In this document: in pieces, positions 1 through 7,592 of the stretch
How the letters are laid out: every line of letters begins with the position of its first letter
Numbering within the stretch: the first letter of the stretch is position 1
Source of the DNA: a virus
DNA length: 12,254 bases
Virus genome (UHGV): UHGV-1620146
Direction: 5' to 3' (one strand)
Translations under genes and position numbers: made by a program
The notes under the pieces: generated by a model
Seen by the model: only the letters and a program-made list of their open reading frames with translations
What the model was told of the DNA's origin: nothing
Databases searched by the model: none

Positions 1-58
1 CTTCGGGCTTACCAATATGGGCCAGAATTGCTGACCAGTTATCGTGAGAGTAATTCAT
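1..58 (-). CDS. insL: IS4-family (IS186-like) transposase, N-terminal 19 codons only (partial)
   Basis: ATG at plus 58..56; translation MNYSHDNWSAILAHIGKPE matches my recollection of the IS186 transposase N-terminus. No strong SD, which is common for IS transposases. ORF is truncated by the window edge. Confidence 0.55.
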   Translation of the reverse strand, partial: MNYSHDNWSAILAHIGKPE

Positions 59-113
59 CGGCACGTTAAATCATATCAGGCGTAATACCACAACCCTTAA
101 GTTAGCGCTTATG
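1..113 (-). mobile_element. Partial insertion sequence, IS186-like (IS4 family): terminal inverted repeat and start of transposase gene; element continues beyond the window's left edge
   Basis: Minus strand at plus 113..88 reads CATAAGCGCTAACTTAAGGGTTGTGG, which I recall as the IS186 terminal inverted repeat. 55 nt downstream an ATG at plus 58 opens an ORF reading MNYSHDNWSAILAHIGKPE that runs off the window. The TMP-like reading frame loses its character exactly at this junction. Identification is from memory, not a search. Confidence 0.6.
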
Positions 114-1276
114 GGATTTTCATCCGCAAACTTCGTGAATTTCTCCCCCAACTCCCCCAGCCACTGCGTGATGTTCTTAGCGTCACCAGAAAATGCGCCG
201 CCAATAGCCGCAAGGCCGTTAGTTGCGGTCCCCGTCATTGCCTCCCACAGGTTGGACAGCGTACCAAGCTGAGCCTGAACACGTTTATTCAGGCTGGCCT
301 GTTTATTCATCTTCTGCTGGATCTGATCGTAGCCATCCTTTCCTTTATCGATTAGTGCATTGACCACCTGAAGGGTTTCGGCATCATCACCAAATATTGC
401 CTTAAGTACACCGGTTCGCTTAACGTCGGTCAGTTTTCGCAGCTTTGCCAGTTGCCTGAACATGTTATCAAGACCGCCAAAACTCCCTTTGCCATCAGTA
501 AAATCGAGCTGTACCCCGAGTTTCTGGCGGGCCATGATTTTATTGACGTCCCTGATTTTCTTAACGCTTAATCCGGACTGGATAACTTTTCGCAGGGCAT
601 TACCTGCCGACTCCCCGTTCATCCCCATCTGATCCATCATGACACTGATGGGGGCAAGACTCTGTGCAGCCTGAAGACCGTCCTTATTCACCATCTTCAG
701 AACAGAACTGGTTTTAGTGAAGAATGACAGCATGTTGGTATCGTCCACGCCCAGATAAAACGCCTTCTGAATTGTGTCGAACAGCCCCATCATGTCTTCT
801 GAGGCCGTTCCGGTAGCATCCTGCATCTTTGCGGCAAACTCAGCAGCCGCTTCCGGTGTTTTTTTCAGTTGTACCGCAAGATAAGCTGTCGCTTTACCCA
901 CACCACCAAGAATGTTTTCTGCCGGGATCCCCTGACGCACCAGCATCTGCATCATGTTCTGGAAATCAGCCGTTGTACCGGGTAGCTGGTTACCCAGGCC
1001 AATAGCCAGTTTATTGATGTCCTGAAAGCTCTTTCCAACCTCGCCGTTCGCATCCATCATGGCGACTTTCAGCCCGGTGGCGGCGTTTTCCTGATCAGCA
1101 TAAGATTTCAGGGAAAGCGTCAGACCCGCTGCCAGTCCGCCACCAAGCGCCAGCCCACCCTGTGACGCTTCTTCCGCCTGGCGTTTAAATCCCCGGATTT
1201 TCTTTTGCATTTTCGACAGCGCGGGAGAAAGCCTGTCGACACCGGTGATCAACGCCTTAAGCTCAAATTCAGCCAT
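71..1276 (-). CDS. Tail tape measure protein, 3'-truncated by the IS insertion (about 388 TMP codons plus 13 IS-derived codons before a TGA)
   Basis: 401-aa ORF directly downstream of the chaperone/frameshift pair. Ala/Gly/Leu/Lys/Gln-rich, low-complexity helical composition typical of tape measure proteins. AGGAG lies 10 nt upstream of the ATG at 1276. The last 13 codons (ISANLRVVVLRLI) are encoded by the IS terminal repeat. Confidence 0.75.
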   Translation of the reverse strand: MAEFELKALITGVDRLSPALSKMQKKIRGFKRQAEEASQGGLALGGGLAAGLTLSLKSYADQENAATGLKVAMMDANGEVGKSFQDINKLAIGLGNQLPGTTADFQNMMQMLVRQGIPAENILGGVGKATAYLAVQLKKTPEAAAEFAAKMQDATGTASEDMMGLFDTIQKAFYLGVDDTNMLSFFTKTSSVLKMVNKDGLQAAQSLAPISVMMDQMGMNGESAGNALRKVIQSGLSVKKIRDVNKIMARQKLGVQLDFTDGKGSFGGLDNMFRQLAKLRKLTDVKRTGVLKAIFGDDAETLQVVNALIDKGKDGYDQIQQKMNKQASLNKRVQAQLGTLSNLWEAMTGTATNGLAAIGGAFSGDAKNITQWLGELGEKFTKFADENPISANLRVVVLRLI

Positions 1277-1687
1277 GTGTGCGTTTCTCCTGCTCTATCC
1301 TGTTTGCCTGACTGACCAGCAAGGGAATTTCACTGATCGGCATATTCAGCAATTCGAAGGGATTAATGCGCCAGTAGCTGGCGCAGTCAAAGAAGCGATC
1401 AGTGAGGTATTCAGCCGTCAGGCCTGGAGGAAAAAACCAGCCACAAGCCACGCCGCTGCATTCAGGTCTGCCGGAGACATCTGGTCGACAGAGCTTTGCG
1501 GCACTTTCGCCAGCCGCACAATGTATTTCGACACCACATGCGCCAGAAGTCTGACGGACTCATCCTGATTCATCTGGTAGGGATACCCCAGCTCGCGGAC
1601 ATCCTTCCCGGTGGGTTCATCAAACTCCAGTACGGAGAGTGTCTCACCATGAGCGATAATCGGTTTCTTTAACTCAAGCTCTTTCAT
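1269..1687 (-). CDS. Tail assembly chaperone, long form made by programmed -1 ribosomal frameshift (predicted 139 aa)
   Basis: ORF 1269..1451 is in the -1 frame relative to 1418..1687 and overlaps its 3' end. The heptamer T TTT TTC (minus strand, plus 1436..1430) sits in X XXY YYZ register in the zero frame. Predicted junction is ...VAGFF|PPGLTAEY... Confidence 0.55.
1418..1687 (-). CDS. Tail assembly chaperone, short form (P2 gpE / lambda gpG analogue)
   Basis: 89-aa ORF between the tube gene and the tape measure gene. Its ATG at 1687 overlaps the tube stop (TAATG). It ends just after a slippery heptamer and is followed by an overlapping -1 frame ORF. Confidence 0.8.
   Translation of the reverse strand: MKELELKKPIIAHGETLSVLEFDEPTGKDVRELGYPYQMNQDESVRLLAHVVSKYIVRLAKVPQSSVDQMSPADLNAAAWLVAGFFLQA
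1430..1436 (-). other. Slippery heptamer U UUU UUC for -1 frameshifting
   Basis: Plus 1430..1436 is GAAAAAA, so the minus strand reads TTTTTTC. In the chaperone zero frame the codons are GGT TTT TTC, 4 codons before its stop. Confidence 0.55.
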
Positions 1688-2043
1688 TACTGGTAATCCC
1701 CTTCTTCACCGTGGAACTCAAGATCAACCGTGCCTTCTTCGGCATTATGGTTCGCTTCTCCGTGCAGCCAGGCGGACGACAATACATAGACCTGACCGTT
1801 CGCCAGCTCGGCAGTGATTGTCATCTCATCAGACGAGGTGATTTTGCTCACCGGAAAATTCTTCGGCACCTTGAAGGTCCCTTTGACATAAGGCGCACGG
1901 TGAGTTTCCTTGCGGTCCACTGAACCGTCCAGGCCGATGATGTCATCATTGACCGTCCTGTTCATGGGCACCTCAATGCCGCCGGTCAGCGATAGCTGCT
2001 GACCGTCAATTTTGAAATAACAGGTTCCCCCGATACGGGCCAT
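1687..2043 (-). CDS. Tail tube protein (contractile tail, Mu/P2-like)
   Basis: 118-aa ORF immediately downstream of the sheath gene; its ATG at 2043 overlaps the sheath stop (TAATG). Size and position fit a myovirus tube protein. Confidence 0.8.
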   Translation of the reverse strand: MARIGGTCYFKIDGQQLSLTGGIEVPMNRTVNDDIIGLDGSVDRKETHRAPYVKGTFKVPKNFPVSKITSSDEMTITAELANGQVYVLSSAWLHGEANHNAEEGTVDLEFHGEEGDYQ

Positions 2044-3539
2044 TATGCAGACTCCTCTGAATACTGAAGACGGAACTGGTTAACCACGGCAAAAACACGC
2101 AACTGGTTAACATAGTCAGGCGGGAACAGCGTGTTCAGGCGGTTCGGATCGCTGGCATCACGCTCCACAACCAGGTACTGCTTAAACAGTTCGTAGTTTT
2201 CCACGATCCCCGCACGCTCAAGCTGACGATAGGTTGCCAGCAGTTCCCCTTTGATTACCGCCGGGGTGACAATCGCCTGAGCGGGACCAAAGCGGGTACC
2301 GTCGCTGGCAAGCTTGTGACGCCCGTACTTACTGGTAATGACGGATTTCAGTTTGCGCAGTACATACGCACTGGTATGCAGCGTCTCGCTGTCGAGGTAG
2401 CTGTTATCCGCAACCCCGTAAGCATTTTTCCTGTACGTGGTGACATCACGCTGAATGCGCAGCACCCCGCTTTCGACATACGCCGTTGCCACGCCATGAG
2501 ACAGCAGGGTCTGCTGCTCGGTCATCGTGAACCGTTTCCCCTTCGGCGCAGGCAGAATACCCACCAGCTCACCGGTCTGCGTGGGACGTGCCGGATCGTT
2601 GCGGATAAACACCGCTGCGCGGGCGGTACGGCTTGCCGCCAGCTCGTCGGCAGGGGTCTGGGTCTCTTTTTCGTACCCCGCCAGGGTGATGTGCTGCTGG
2701 TTAAACTGGTCACCTGCGTTCACCAGTTCTGACAGTGTGCCGGTCTTTGCCGTATACACATGACCATACAGCTGACGCGCATAGCTCCAGCGACCGCTGG
2801 TATCGTTCATTTCGGTCACCAGCGTGTTAACGGAGGCCGTGTCGTTGAACGGCAGACCGATATAATCAAACGGCTCATCCGCCATTGCAGCCACCGCGCC
2901 GGTGAGAACCGGAGCGCCCGTTCCGGCGGTCCCCGTCGCCACGGCAATCTGTACGCCCGCTGGCAGCACTTCGCCCCCACCGAAGCCGTAGTAATTGAGG
3001 CTGACAGGAATTTCATTCCCGCAAAGCCCCTTATGACGCGCGGTCAGCGTGACAACACCAGCCGAAGATGAAGCTGTAAACGGCAGAGTCGGAACGGCAT
3101 TGATGGCATCTTTGATACTGCTGGCAATCGTCGTGACGTTATCGCCGTTGGTCACCGAAGCCTGCACGCGGGTACGTCCCACATAGACATTCACCGTGCC
3201 GCTTTCGGTTGCTTCCCCGGTCACCGTCAGCGTAACCGTTGCCGCCGCGCCTGTGGCTTCCGGAACGGCAATCACATACAGCTCACCAAACGGGTCGGTC
3301 TGGCGATAAGCCTCGACCATACGCGCCAGCTGACTTCCCGCACCACAAATCTGGCGTGCATAGTCTGCCGACGGCATCAGCACCAGACTGTTGGCAACAA
3401 TCTCTGCACCGTTATTGGCATGACCAATCAGCAGCGATGCTCCGCTGTCCTGTGCAGTATTCGCAGCCTGGTTATCCATTTCCGCATAAAACAGCGGAAC
3501 CAGCGTATTCGACGGAATGGTGTTAAAGCTTATCGTCAT
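2043..3539 (-). CDS. Tail sheath protein (Mu gpL-like)
   Basis: 498-aa ORF with AAGGTG 7 nt upstream of the ATG at 3539. The N-terminus MTISFNTIPSNTLVPLFYAEMDN and overall size resemble Mu-type sheath proteins. It is followed by the tube and chaperone genes. Confidence 0.85.
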   Translation of the reverse strand: MTISFNTIPSNTLVPLFYAEMDNQAANTAQDSGASLLIGHANNGAEIVANSLVLMPSADYARQICGAGSQLARMVEAYRQTDPFGELYVIAVPEATGAAATVTLTVTGEATESGTVNVYVGRTRVQASVTNGDNVTTIASSIKDAINAVPTLPFTASSSAGVVTLTARHKGLCGNEIPVSLNYYGFGGGEVLPAGVQIAVATGTAGTGAPVLTGAVAAMADEPFDYIGLPFNDTASVNTLVTEMNDTSGRWSYARQLYGHVYTAKTGTLSELVNAGDQFNQQHITLAGYEKETQTPADELAASRTARAAVFIRNDPARPTQTGELVGILPAPKGKRFTMTEQQTLLSHGVATAYVESGVLRIQRDVTTYRKNAYGVADNSYLDSETLHTSAYVLRKLKSVITSKYGRHKLASDGTRFGPAQAIVTPAVIKGELLATYRQLERAGIVENYELFKQYLVVERDASDPNRLNTLFPPDYVNQLRVFAVVNQFRLQYSEESA

Positions 3540-3693
3540 CGGTGTTCACCTTTTTATTCACGCGCCGGATATCACCCGCTGCTTCACGGCGCAGCCAGTA
3601 GTTGTTCTCATCAACATTTCGCCCTTCGGCGGGCAAAAGGTCGCCGCGGGCAGGGTCAGGCACTGACCGCCCTTTAACAGGTTTCACAAACAT
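3523..3693 (-). CDS. Small hypothetical protein (56 aa), absent from the ORF track because it is under 60 aa
   Basis: ATG at 3693 preceded by GAGGA with a 5-nt spacer. It fills an otherwise unexplained 160-nt gap in a tightly packed operon and overlaps the sheath start by 17 nt. Translation: MFVKPVKGRSVPDPARGDLLPAEGRNVDENNYWLRREAAGDIRRVNKKVNTDDDKL. Confidence 0.4.
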   Translation of the reverse strand: MFVKPVKGRSVPDPARGDLLPAEGRNVDENNYWLRREAAGDIRRVNKKVNTDDDKL

Positions 3694-3701
3694 GATGATC
3701 C

Positions 3702-4262
3702 TCAGGAAGGAAGGGGTATTTCGGTGTGATGTTCGATATCGCCGTCAGGCCCGTTACCGGGATCGAGATAATCAACATCAATCGCCAGCGTTCGCAGTTC
3801 ATCCAGACTGTTCAGGTCATCCTGCTGGCGGGTATCGTCTTCGGTCAGCTCGCTGATGACCGAAAAATCGAACTGATAAATCAGCTCATGACGATTCAGA
3901 TCCAGCAGCGTGCCGCCGTCATAGGTAATCGGGTTACCGCACGCTTCCGGGTTCCAGCCCAGCAGGGCCTTAAAGAGCATCTGCCGGACATCGTCCACCA
4001 CATCATACGAAGCAAACTGACCGCGCTCATCACGCCCGTTACTCAGTATGACAACCACGGAGAAGCCCTCTTTCAGCTCCTGCCAGTAGTCGGTCTGGCT
4101 TTTGTTTTCTCCCGGAGAGTCATCACCCGGTACCACATACGCCGCCGGGAGTCTCAGCTTTCCGACCTCCGGCAGATTTTTGAACTGTGCCGCGCCTGCC
4201 ACCCGGTTTTCAAAATACGGGCAGCGGGCACGCAGCGCAGCAATAACAGGCGTCAGTTTCAT
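3702..4262 (-). CDS. Tail-proximal neck or tail-terminator-like protein (possibly Mu gp37/DUF1834-like); function uncertain
   Basis: 186-aa acidic ORF. Its ATG at 4262 overlaps the upstream stop (ATGA). It lies immediately upstream of the sheath gene, where myoviruses encode tail terminator or completion proteins. Confidence 0.6.
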   Translation of the reverse strand: MKLTPVIAALRARCPYFENRVAGAAQFKNLPEVGKLRLPAAYVVPGDDSPGENKSQTDYWQELKEGFSVVVILSNGRDERGQFASYDVVDDVRQMLFKALLGWNPEACGNPITYDGGTLLDLNRHELIYQFDFSVISELTEDDTRQQDDLNSLDELRTLAIDVDYLDPGNGPDGDIEHHTEIPLPS

Positions 4263-4765
4263 CTGCGTCGTCGCTCCGGCTTCAGTGATTTACGTAATTC
4301 CCGCGCCAGAAAATAGCGTGTCCAGCTGCGGTTCTTTTCAAGAGTTTCCACCATAAAGTTATTACGTGGAGCCAGCCGCCAGCCGCTGCCACCGGATGCA
4401 CCACGATGATGACTACGACGACGTTTTGCTCCTCCCCGGACACCAAAAAACAGAAACGCCGGATAGAAGTCACCAGAGATCATCCGGTTCCCCTTCCCGT
4501 TGCGCTGGTTAGGGGCAATGCGTGTCATAAAACCGGCTCGCTTTTTACTGGCTCTCGGCACCATGTAACCAATCGAACGAGCCAGGCGTCCGGTCTGATA
4601 ACCGGGGTTTTCACCCGGTGCCGACCGCGCACGGCGCATCACCAGCCGACGGGCATCACGCATATGACGCTGCCCAATCGTGACAAACGCCCGCCGGACA
4701 CGGGCGCGGTTAAAGCGCATCTCCGCGGGCTGCTGAACATCAACGTGAAAAAAGGGAGTCGCCAT
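4259..4765 (-). CDS. Neck / tail-completion protein, possibly HK97 gp10 family
   Basis: 168-aa very basic, Arg-rich ORF. GGAGG lies 5 nt upstream of the ATG at 4765. A ...TGRLARSI... motif is reminiscent of the gp10 family. It sits after the head-closure gene. Confidence 0.55.
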   Translation of the reverse strand: MATPFFHVDVQQPAEMRFNRARVRRAFVTIGQRHMRDARRLVMRRARSAPGENPGYQTGRLARSIGYMVPRASKKRAGFMTRIAPNQRNGKGNRMISGDFYPAFLFFGVRGGAKRRRSHHRGASGGSGWRLAPRNNFMVETLEKNRSWTRYFLARELRKSLKPERRRR

Positions 4766-5150
4766 TGCTGCCTCCGTGACTCTGCGTAAATTCGCCCAGT
4801 TCCGTACACTCCAGCAGCAGAAAGCGCCGCGCCCCGTTCAGATCGCGCTGACGTTTCACCCGGTACACACTGTCATCACAGACCACCTCATAATCAGCAG
4901 TGATCCCCCGGCGGTAGCGAATGGTGATGTAATGGGTGATGGCATCTCCGGTCTGCGCGGTTTCCTGCCAGGTGGTGGCACTGGTCTGGATAACCTTCGC
5001 CCATGCCCGGAACGCAACCGGGTATTGAGGCTCCACGCCAAAGTTATCCGCGGGCATATCCACCCGCTGGCGGATCAGGACGCGTTTATTCAGTTCACCG
5101 GGGTCCGGCAGAATGTAGGTTGCGCTGGTCTGCGCCTGACGAATTTTCAT
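4740..5150 (-). CDS. Head-closure / head-tail adaptor protein (SPP1 gp16 / HK97 gp7-like)
   Basis: 136-aa ORF. Its ATG at 5150 overlaps the connector stop (ATGA). The central ...HYITIRYRRGI...YRV... pattern is typical of head-tail joining proteins. Confidence 0.7.
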   Translation of the reverse strand: MKIRQAQTSATYILPDPGELNKRVLIRQRVDMPADNFGVEPQYPVAFRAWAKVIQTSATTWQETAQTGDAITHYITIRYRRGITADYEVVCDDSVYRVKRQRDLNGARRFLLLECTELGEFTQSHGGSNGDSLFSR

Positions 5151-5470
5151 TGCGGAAAGTACCTGTACGGGCCGACAAGCCAGCCAAAACTCTGCGGCAT
5201 GTCGAGTTTCTCCACTTCCGTAACCGACGAGCGGTTTTCGTAAAAATGGCTGATAAGCATCAGCATCCCCAGACGAATATCATCCGGCAGGTGCAGCCCG
5301 TCCGGATCGCTGTCCGGAATGGTTTCATCCGGTGCATAGAGCTTCCGGTTCAGATACGTTTCCGTCCGCTTTTGTGCCGCACAGGCCAGCAGTTGCAGAT
5401 GGCGGTCATCAGCATCGAAATCCTCATCCAGCCGGAGTTGGGCTTTAATCTCTTCCATTGTCAGAAGCAT
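5147..5470 (-). CDS. Head-tail connector protein (gp6-like)
   Basis: 107-aa ORF. The N-terminus MLLTMEEIKAQLRLDEDFDADDRHLQLL...AAQ...E.YL is characteristic of gp6-like connector proteins. It follows the capsid gene region. Confidence 0.75.
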   Translation of the reverse strand: MLLTMEEIKAQLRLDEDFDADDRHLQLLACAAQKRTETYLNRKLYAPDETIPDSDPDGLHLPDDIRLGMLMLISHFYENRSSVTEVEKLDMPQSFGWLVGPYRYFPQ

Positions 5471-5472
5471 AC

Positions 5473-5673
5473 TCAGCCCTCTTTACTGGTCGTGGCTTTT
5501 TTCTCTTTTGTCGCTTTACTGCTTTTTGCACTGGTTCCGCGCTCTGCTAACCCGGCCTGAAGTGCAATCTCCTGCACCCGGGCAGGAAGCGCCCCGTCGT
5601 CATACTCACCGGCCCGAATGACCTCAACACGCATACCGTCCGGTGACCATTTCAGATCTTGTTTCAGGATCAT
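5473..5673 (-). CDS. Hypothetical small protein (66 aa) with a Lys/Ser/Thr/Ala-rich C-terminal tail
   Basis: ORF lies between the post-capsid hairpin and the connector gene. Its stop is 2 nt from the next start. The SD is weak (GGGTGAAGAA). No family recognised. Confidence 0.5.
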   Translation of the reverse strand: MILKQDLKWSPDGMRVEVIRAGEYDDGALPARVQEIALQAGLAERGTSAKSSKATKEKKATTSKEG

Positions 5674-5692
5674 GATTCTTCACCCGTCAGAA

Positions 5693-5716
5693 CAGGGGCG
5701 CGGTTCCGCGCCCCTG
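5693..5716 (-). terminator. GC-rich stem-loop immediately 3' of the major capsid gene (attenuator / partial terminator or mRNA-stabilising hairpin)
   Basis: Perfect inverted repeat CAGGGGCGCGG / CCGCGCCCCTG (10-11 bp stem, 2-4 nt loop) lying 6 nt after the capsid stop codon. On the minus-strand RNA it is followed by UUCU only, a weak U-tract. Confidence 0.45.
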
Positions 5717-5721
5717 AGTGA

Positions 5722-6927
5722 TTACGCCACTGCAATCTTCAGCAGTTTGATGGCCTGCGAATCGACCAGCATGCCGCCGGTGCGTTTGGTGGTATAAAAA
5801 CCGACAAACGGTTTATTGGTGTACGGGTCACGCAGAATGCGGGTGCCGATACGGTCAACGATGGTGTAACCCCGTTTGAAGTTACCAAATGCAATGGCTT
5901 TCGCATCAGCGGCGATATCCGGCATCTGTTCGTTTTCAGCGATACCGTAACCCGCCAGAGAGGACGGCTGCCCCAGCTCCAGCCCCGGACGCCACAGATA
6001 GTTACCCTCGCTGTCTTTCAGCAGACGGATGGCAAACAGGCTATTGTTGTTCATCATGAACTTCGCGCCGGTGCGGTGTGCCTTACGCAGCGTGTAAATC
6101 AGTTTGATAATGGCGTCTGCGGTCGCCGCCGTCGCGTCGCCGGATACAATATGCTGAAGTTTGCCGAACGCCCGGACCTTATCGTTTTCATCCGTGGATT
6201 CATACGCCAGGAACCCTTTCGGCTTCTTGGTACCATCGCCGGTGGTAAAGGCAATTTCTTCCTGTTCGGCAAATTCGGTTGCCAGCTCGCTGTTGATCCA
6301 TGCTTCCACGTTGAAAAAGGCATCATCCAGCATTTTCTGGGTGGCCTGCGGGTTACCGTAGATTTCCCCCATGAAAGGTTCAATCAGGCCCAGTTTTGAG
6401 GTGGCAGTCTGGGAGCGCGCGTCAGTCTCGTCAACCCATCCGGAAGCCGTGCCGCCCAGATTCACCAGTTTTTTGTAGTCGGAACCACCAACGGTGATCA
6501 CCGTGGCTTCCTGGCGCATCACCACTTCATCTTTCAGCAGGGTGAGAATGTTGCGATCCAGTGCTTCCGGCACGGCATAGCCGCCGTCTTCATCGGTGCC
6601 CACCTGTAATGCCTTGCGCTCCAGATCGCGCAGACCATCTTCACGGCCTTTACGCAGGAAGCCCACAAACGCTTCTTTATGCTCGGTGGCCAGTTTATTT
6701 TGCGCACCACCTGCCGGACGTTTCAGCTCAAGCAGCTCTTTTTCAAGATCGCTTTTGAGGTTTTCCAGCTCGCTGAGTTTCCCGTTCAGGGTTTCCACCT
6801 GCCCGGCAAGCTTGCCTTTTTCCTGCTCAATCGCATCCACGCGCTTGTCGTTCTTTGCTTTGAAGTCGTCAAACTTCTGCTGCAGCTCCTGCGCGACCTG
6901 TTCGACATCTTTAATATCTACCGCCAT
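5722..6927 (-). CDS. Major capsid protein, HK97 fold, with N-terminal delta (scaffolding) domain
   Basis: 401-aa ORF with AGGAG 7 nt upstream of the ATG at 6927. The first ~100 aa are a charged coiled-coil-like segment (...LNGKLSELENLKSDLEKELLELK...). There is no separate scaffold gene between protease and capsid, as in HK97. Confidence 0.9.
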   Translation of the reverse strand: MAVDIKDVEQVAQELQQKFDDFKAKNDKRVDAIEQEKGKLAGQVETLNGKLSELENLKSDLEKELLELKRPAGGAQNKLATEHKEAFVGFLRKGREDGLRDLERKALQVGTDEDGGYAVPEALDRNILTLLKDEVVMRQEATVITVGGSDYKKLVNLGGTASGWVDETDARSQTATSKLGLIEPFMGEIYGNPQATQKMLDDAFFNVEAWINSELATEFAEQEEIAFTTGDGTKKPKGFLAYESTDENDKVRAFGKLQHIVSGDATAATADAIIKLIYTLRKAHRTGAKFMMNNNSLFAIRLLKDSEGNYLWRPGLELGQPSSLAGYGIAENEQMPDIAADAKAIAFGNFKRGYTIVDRIGTRILRDPYTNKPFVGFYTTKRTGGMLVDSQAIKLLKIAVA

Positions 6928-6941
6928 CGTATTTCTCCTGA

Positions 6942-7592
6942 TTAGAAGTTCAGATTTTTCAGTGCATTCAGTGCAGAGCTCACATCCTCAGCGTCGCGCA
7001 GGGACAGTGCGCCATAGCCCCCGGCCATGAATGCTTTGGCCTGGGTACGGGAGAGTCCGACATCACGCAGGACTCTTTCGATTTTTTTCTGTTCGGGGAT
7101 TTCCCCGCGGGCCAGCGCGTTCTTGACGTCGCTGATCCGCGCCTCGTCGTTAGACGGGAACGTCACCAGACTGACTTCCCAGAGGTCGATTTCTTTCAGC
7201 AGAAAGGCTTCTTTCGTCCGGTCGTATTCCCAGTCTTTCAGGACGTACCCAATAGAAAGGCCGGTTAACGAACCGGCCTTCATGTGTGCATGTGCGCGTT
7301 TTGCGAGGGGATCATCATCAATAAGCAACCGTCCCCTGACGTAAAGCCCGACATCGTCTTCCTTCATTTCGGTGTAAACACCGATGGGTTCATCCATGCG
7401 GTGCTGCCAGAGCAGCGCAGGTAACGCTTTTCTGTCACTCCACGCCCGCAGGGAAGCAGCAAATGCCCCGGACATCACCACATCATCGTGGCTGTCCTTT
7501 ACACCAAAGACGGAGCCATACCCTTCAAACTCACCGGAGTCACTGACAGATTTCAGACTCAGCGGTACATCAAGACGTTGTTTCGTCTGCAT
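6942..7592 (-). CDS. Prohead maturation protease, HK97 family (peptidase S78)
   Basis: Motifs EFEGYGSVFGVKDSHDDVV...GAF and GLSIGY match HK97-type protease hallmarks (catalytic His and Ser context). I prefer the ATG at 7592 (AAGGA 8 nt upstream) to the ORF-track start at 7628, which has no SD and overlaps the portal gene by 59 nt. Confidence 0.85.
   Translation of the reverse strand: MQTKQRLDVPLSLKSVSDSGEFEGYGSVFGVKDSHDDVVMSGAFAASLRAWSDRKALPALLWQHRMDEPIGVYTEMKEDDVGLYVRGRLLIDDDPLAKRAHAHMKAGSLTGLSIGYVLKDWEYDRTKEAFLLKEIDLWEVSLVTFPSNDEARISDVKNALARGEIPEQKKIERVLRDVGLSRTQAKAFMAGGYGALSLRDAEDVSSALNALKNLNF

Noticed and set aside
2522-2713. Minus-strand alternate-frame ORFs nested inside larger genes (2522..2713, 2816..3016, 4282..4473, 4856..5041, 9817..9999, 10252..10458, 10763..10981, 11528..11746)
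   Set aside because: They are embedded out of frame in the sheath, gp10-like, head-closure, terminase and HNH genes and have no independent translation signals.
3726-4316. 196-aa plus-strand ORF, and similar plus-strand ORFs at 1245..1568, 2316..2732, 5003..5560, 6596..7030, 8221..8796 and 11047..11508
   Set aside because: All lie antisense to well-supported minus-strand phage genes, lack Shine-Dalgarno sequences, and have Arg/Ser/Pro-rich low-complexity translations typical of spurious antisense ORFs in GC-rich coding DNA.
5693-5716. Calling the post-capsid hairpin a full rho-independent terminator
   Set aside because: The stem is strong, but the downstream U-tract is only UUCU and essential head-tail genes follow immediately. 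A partial terminator or stabilising hairpin is more consistent.
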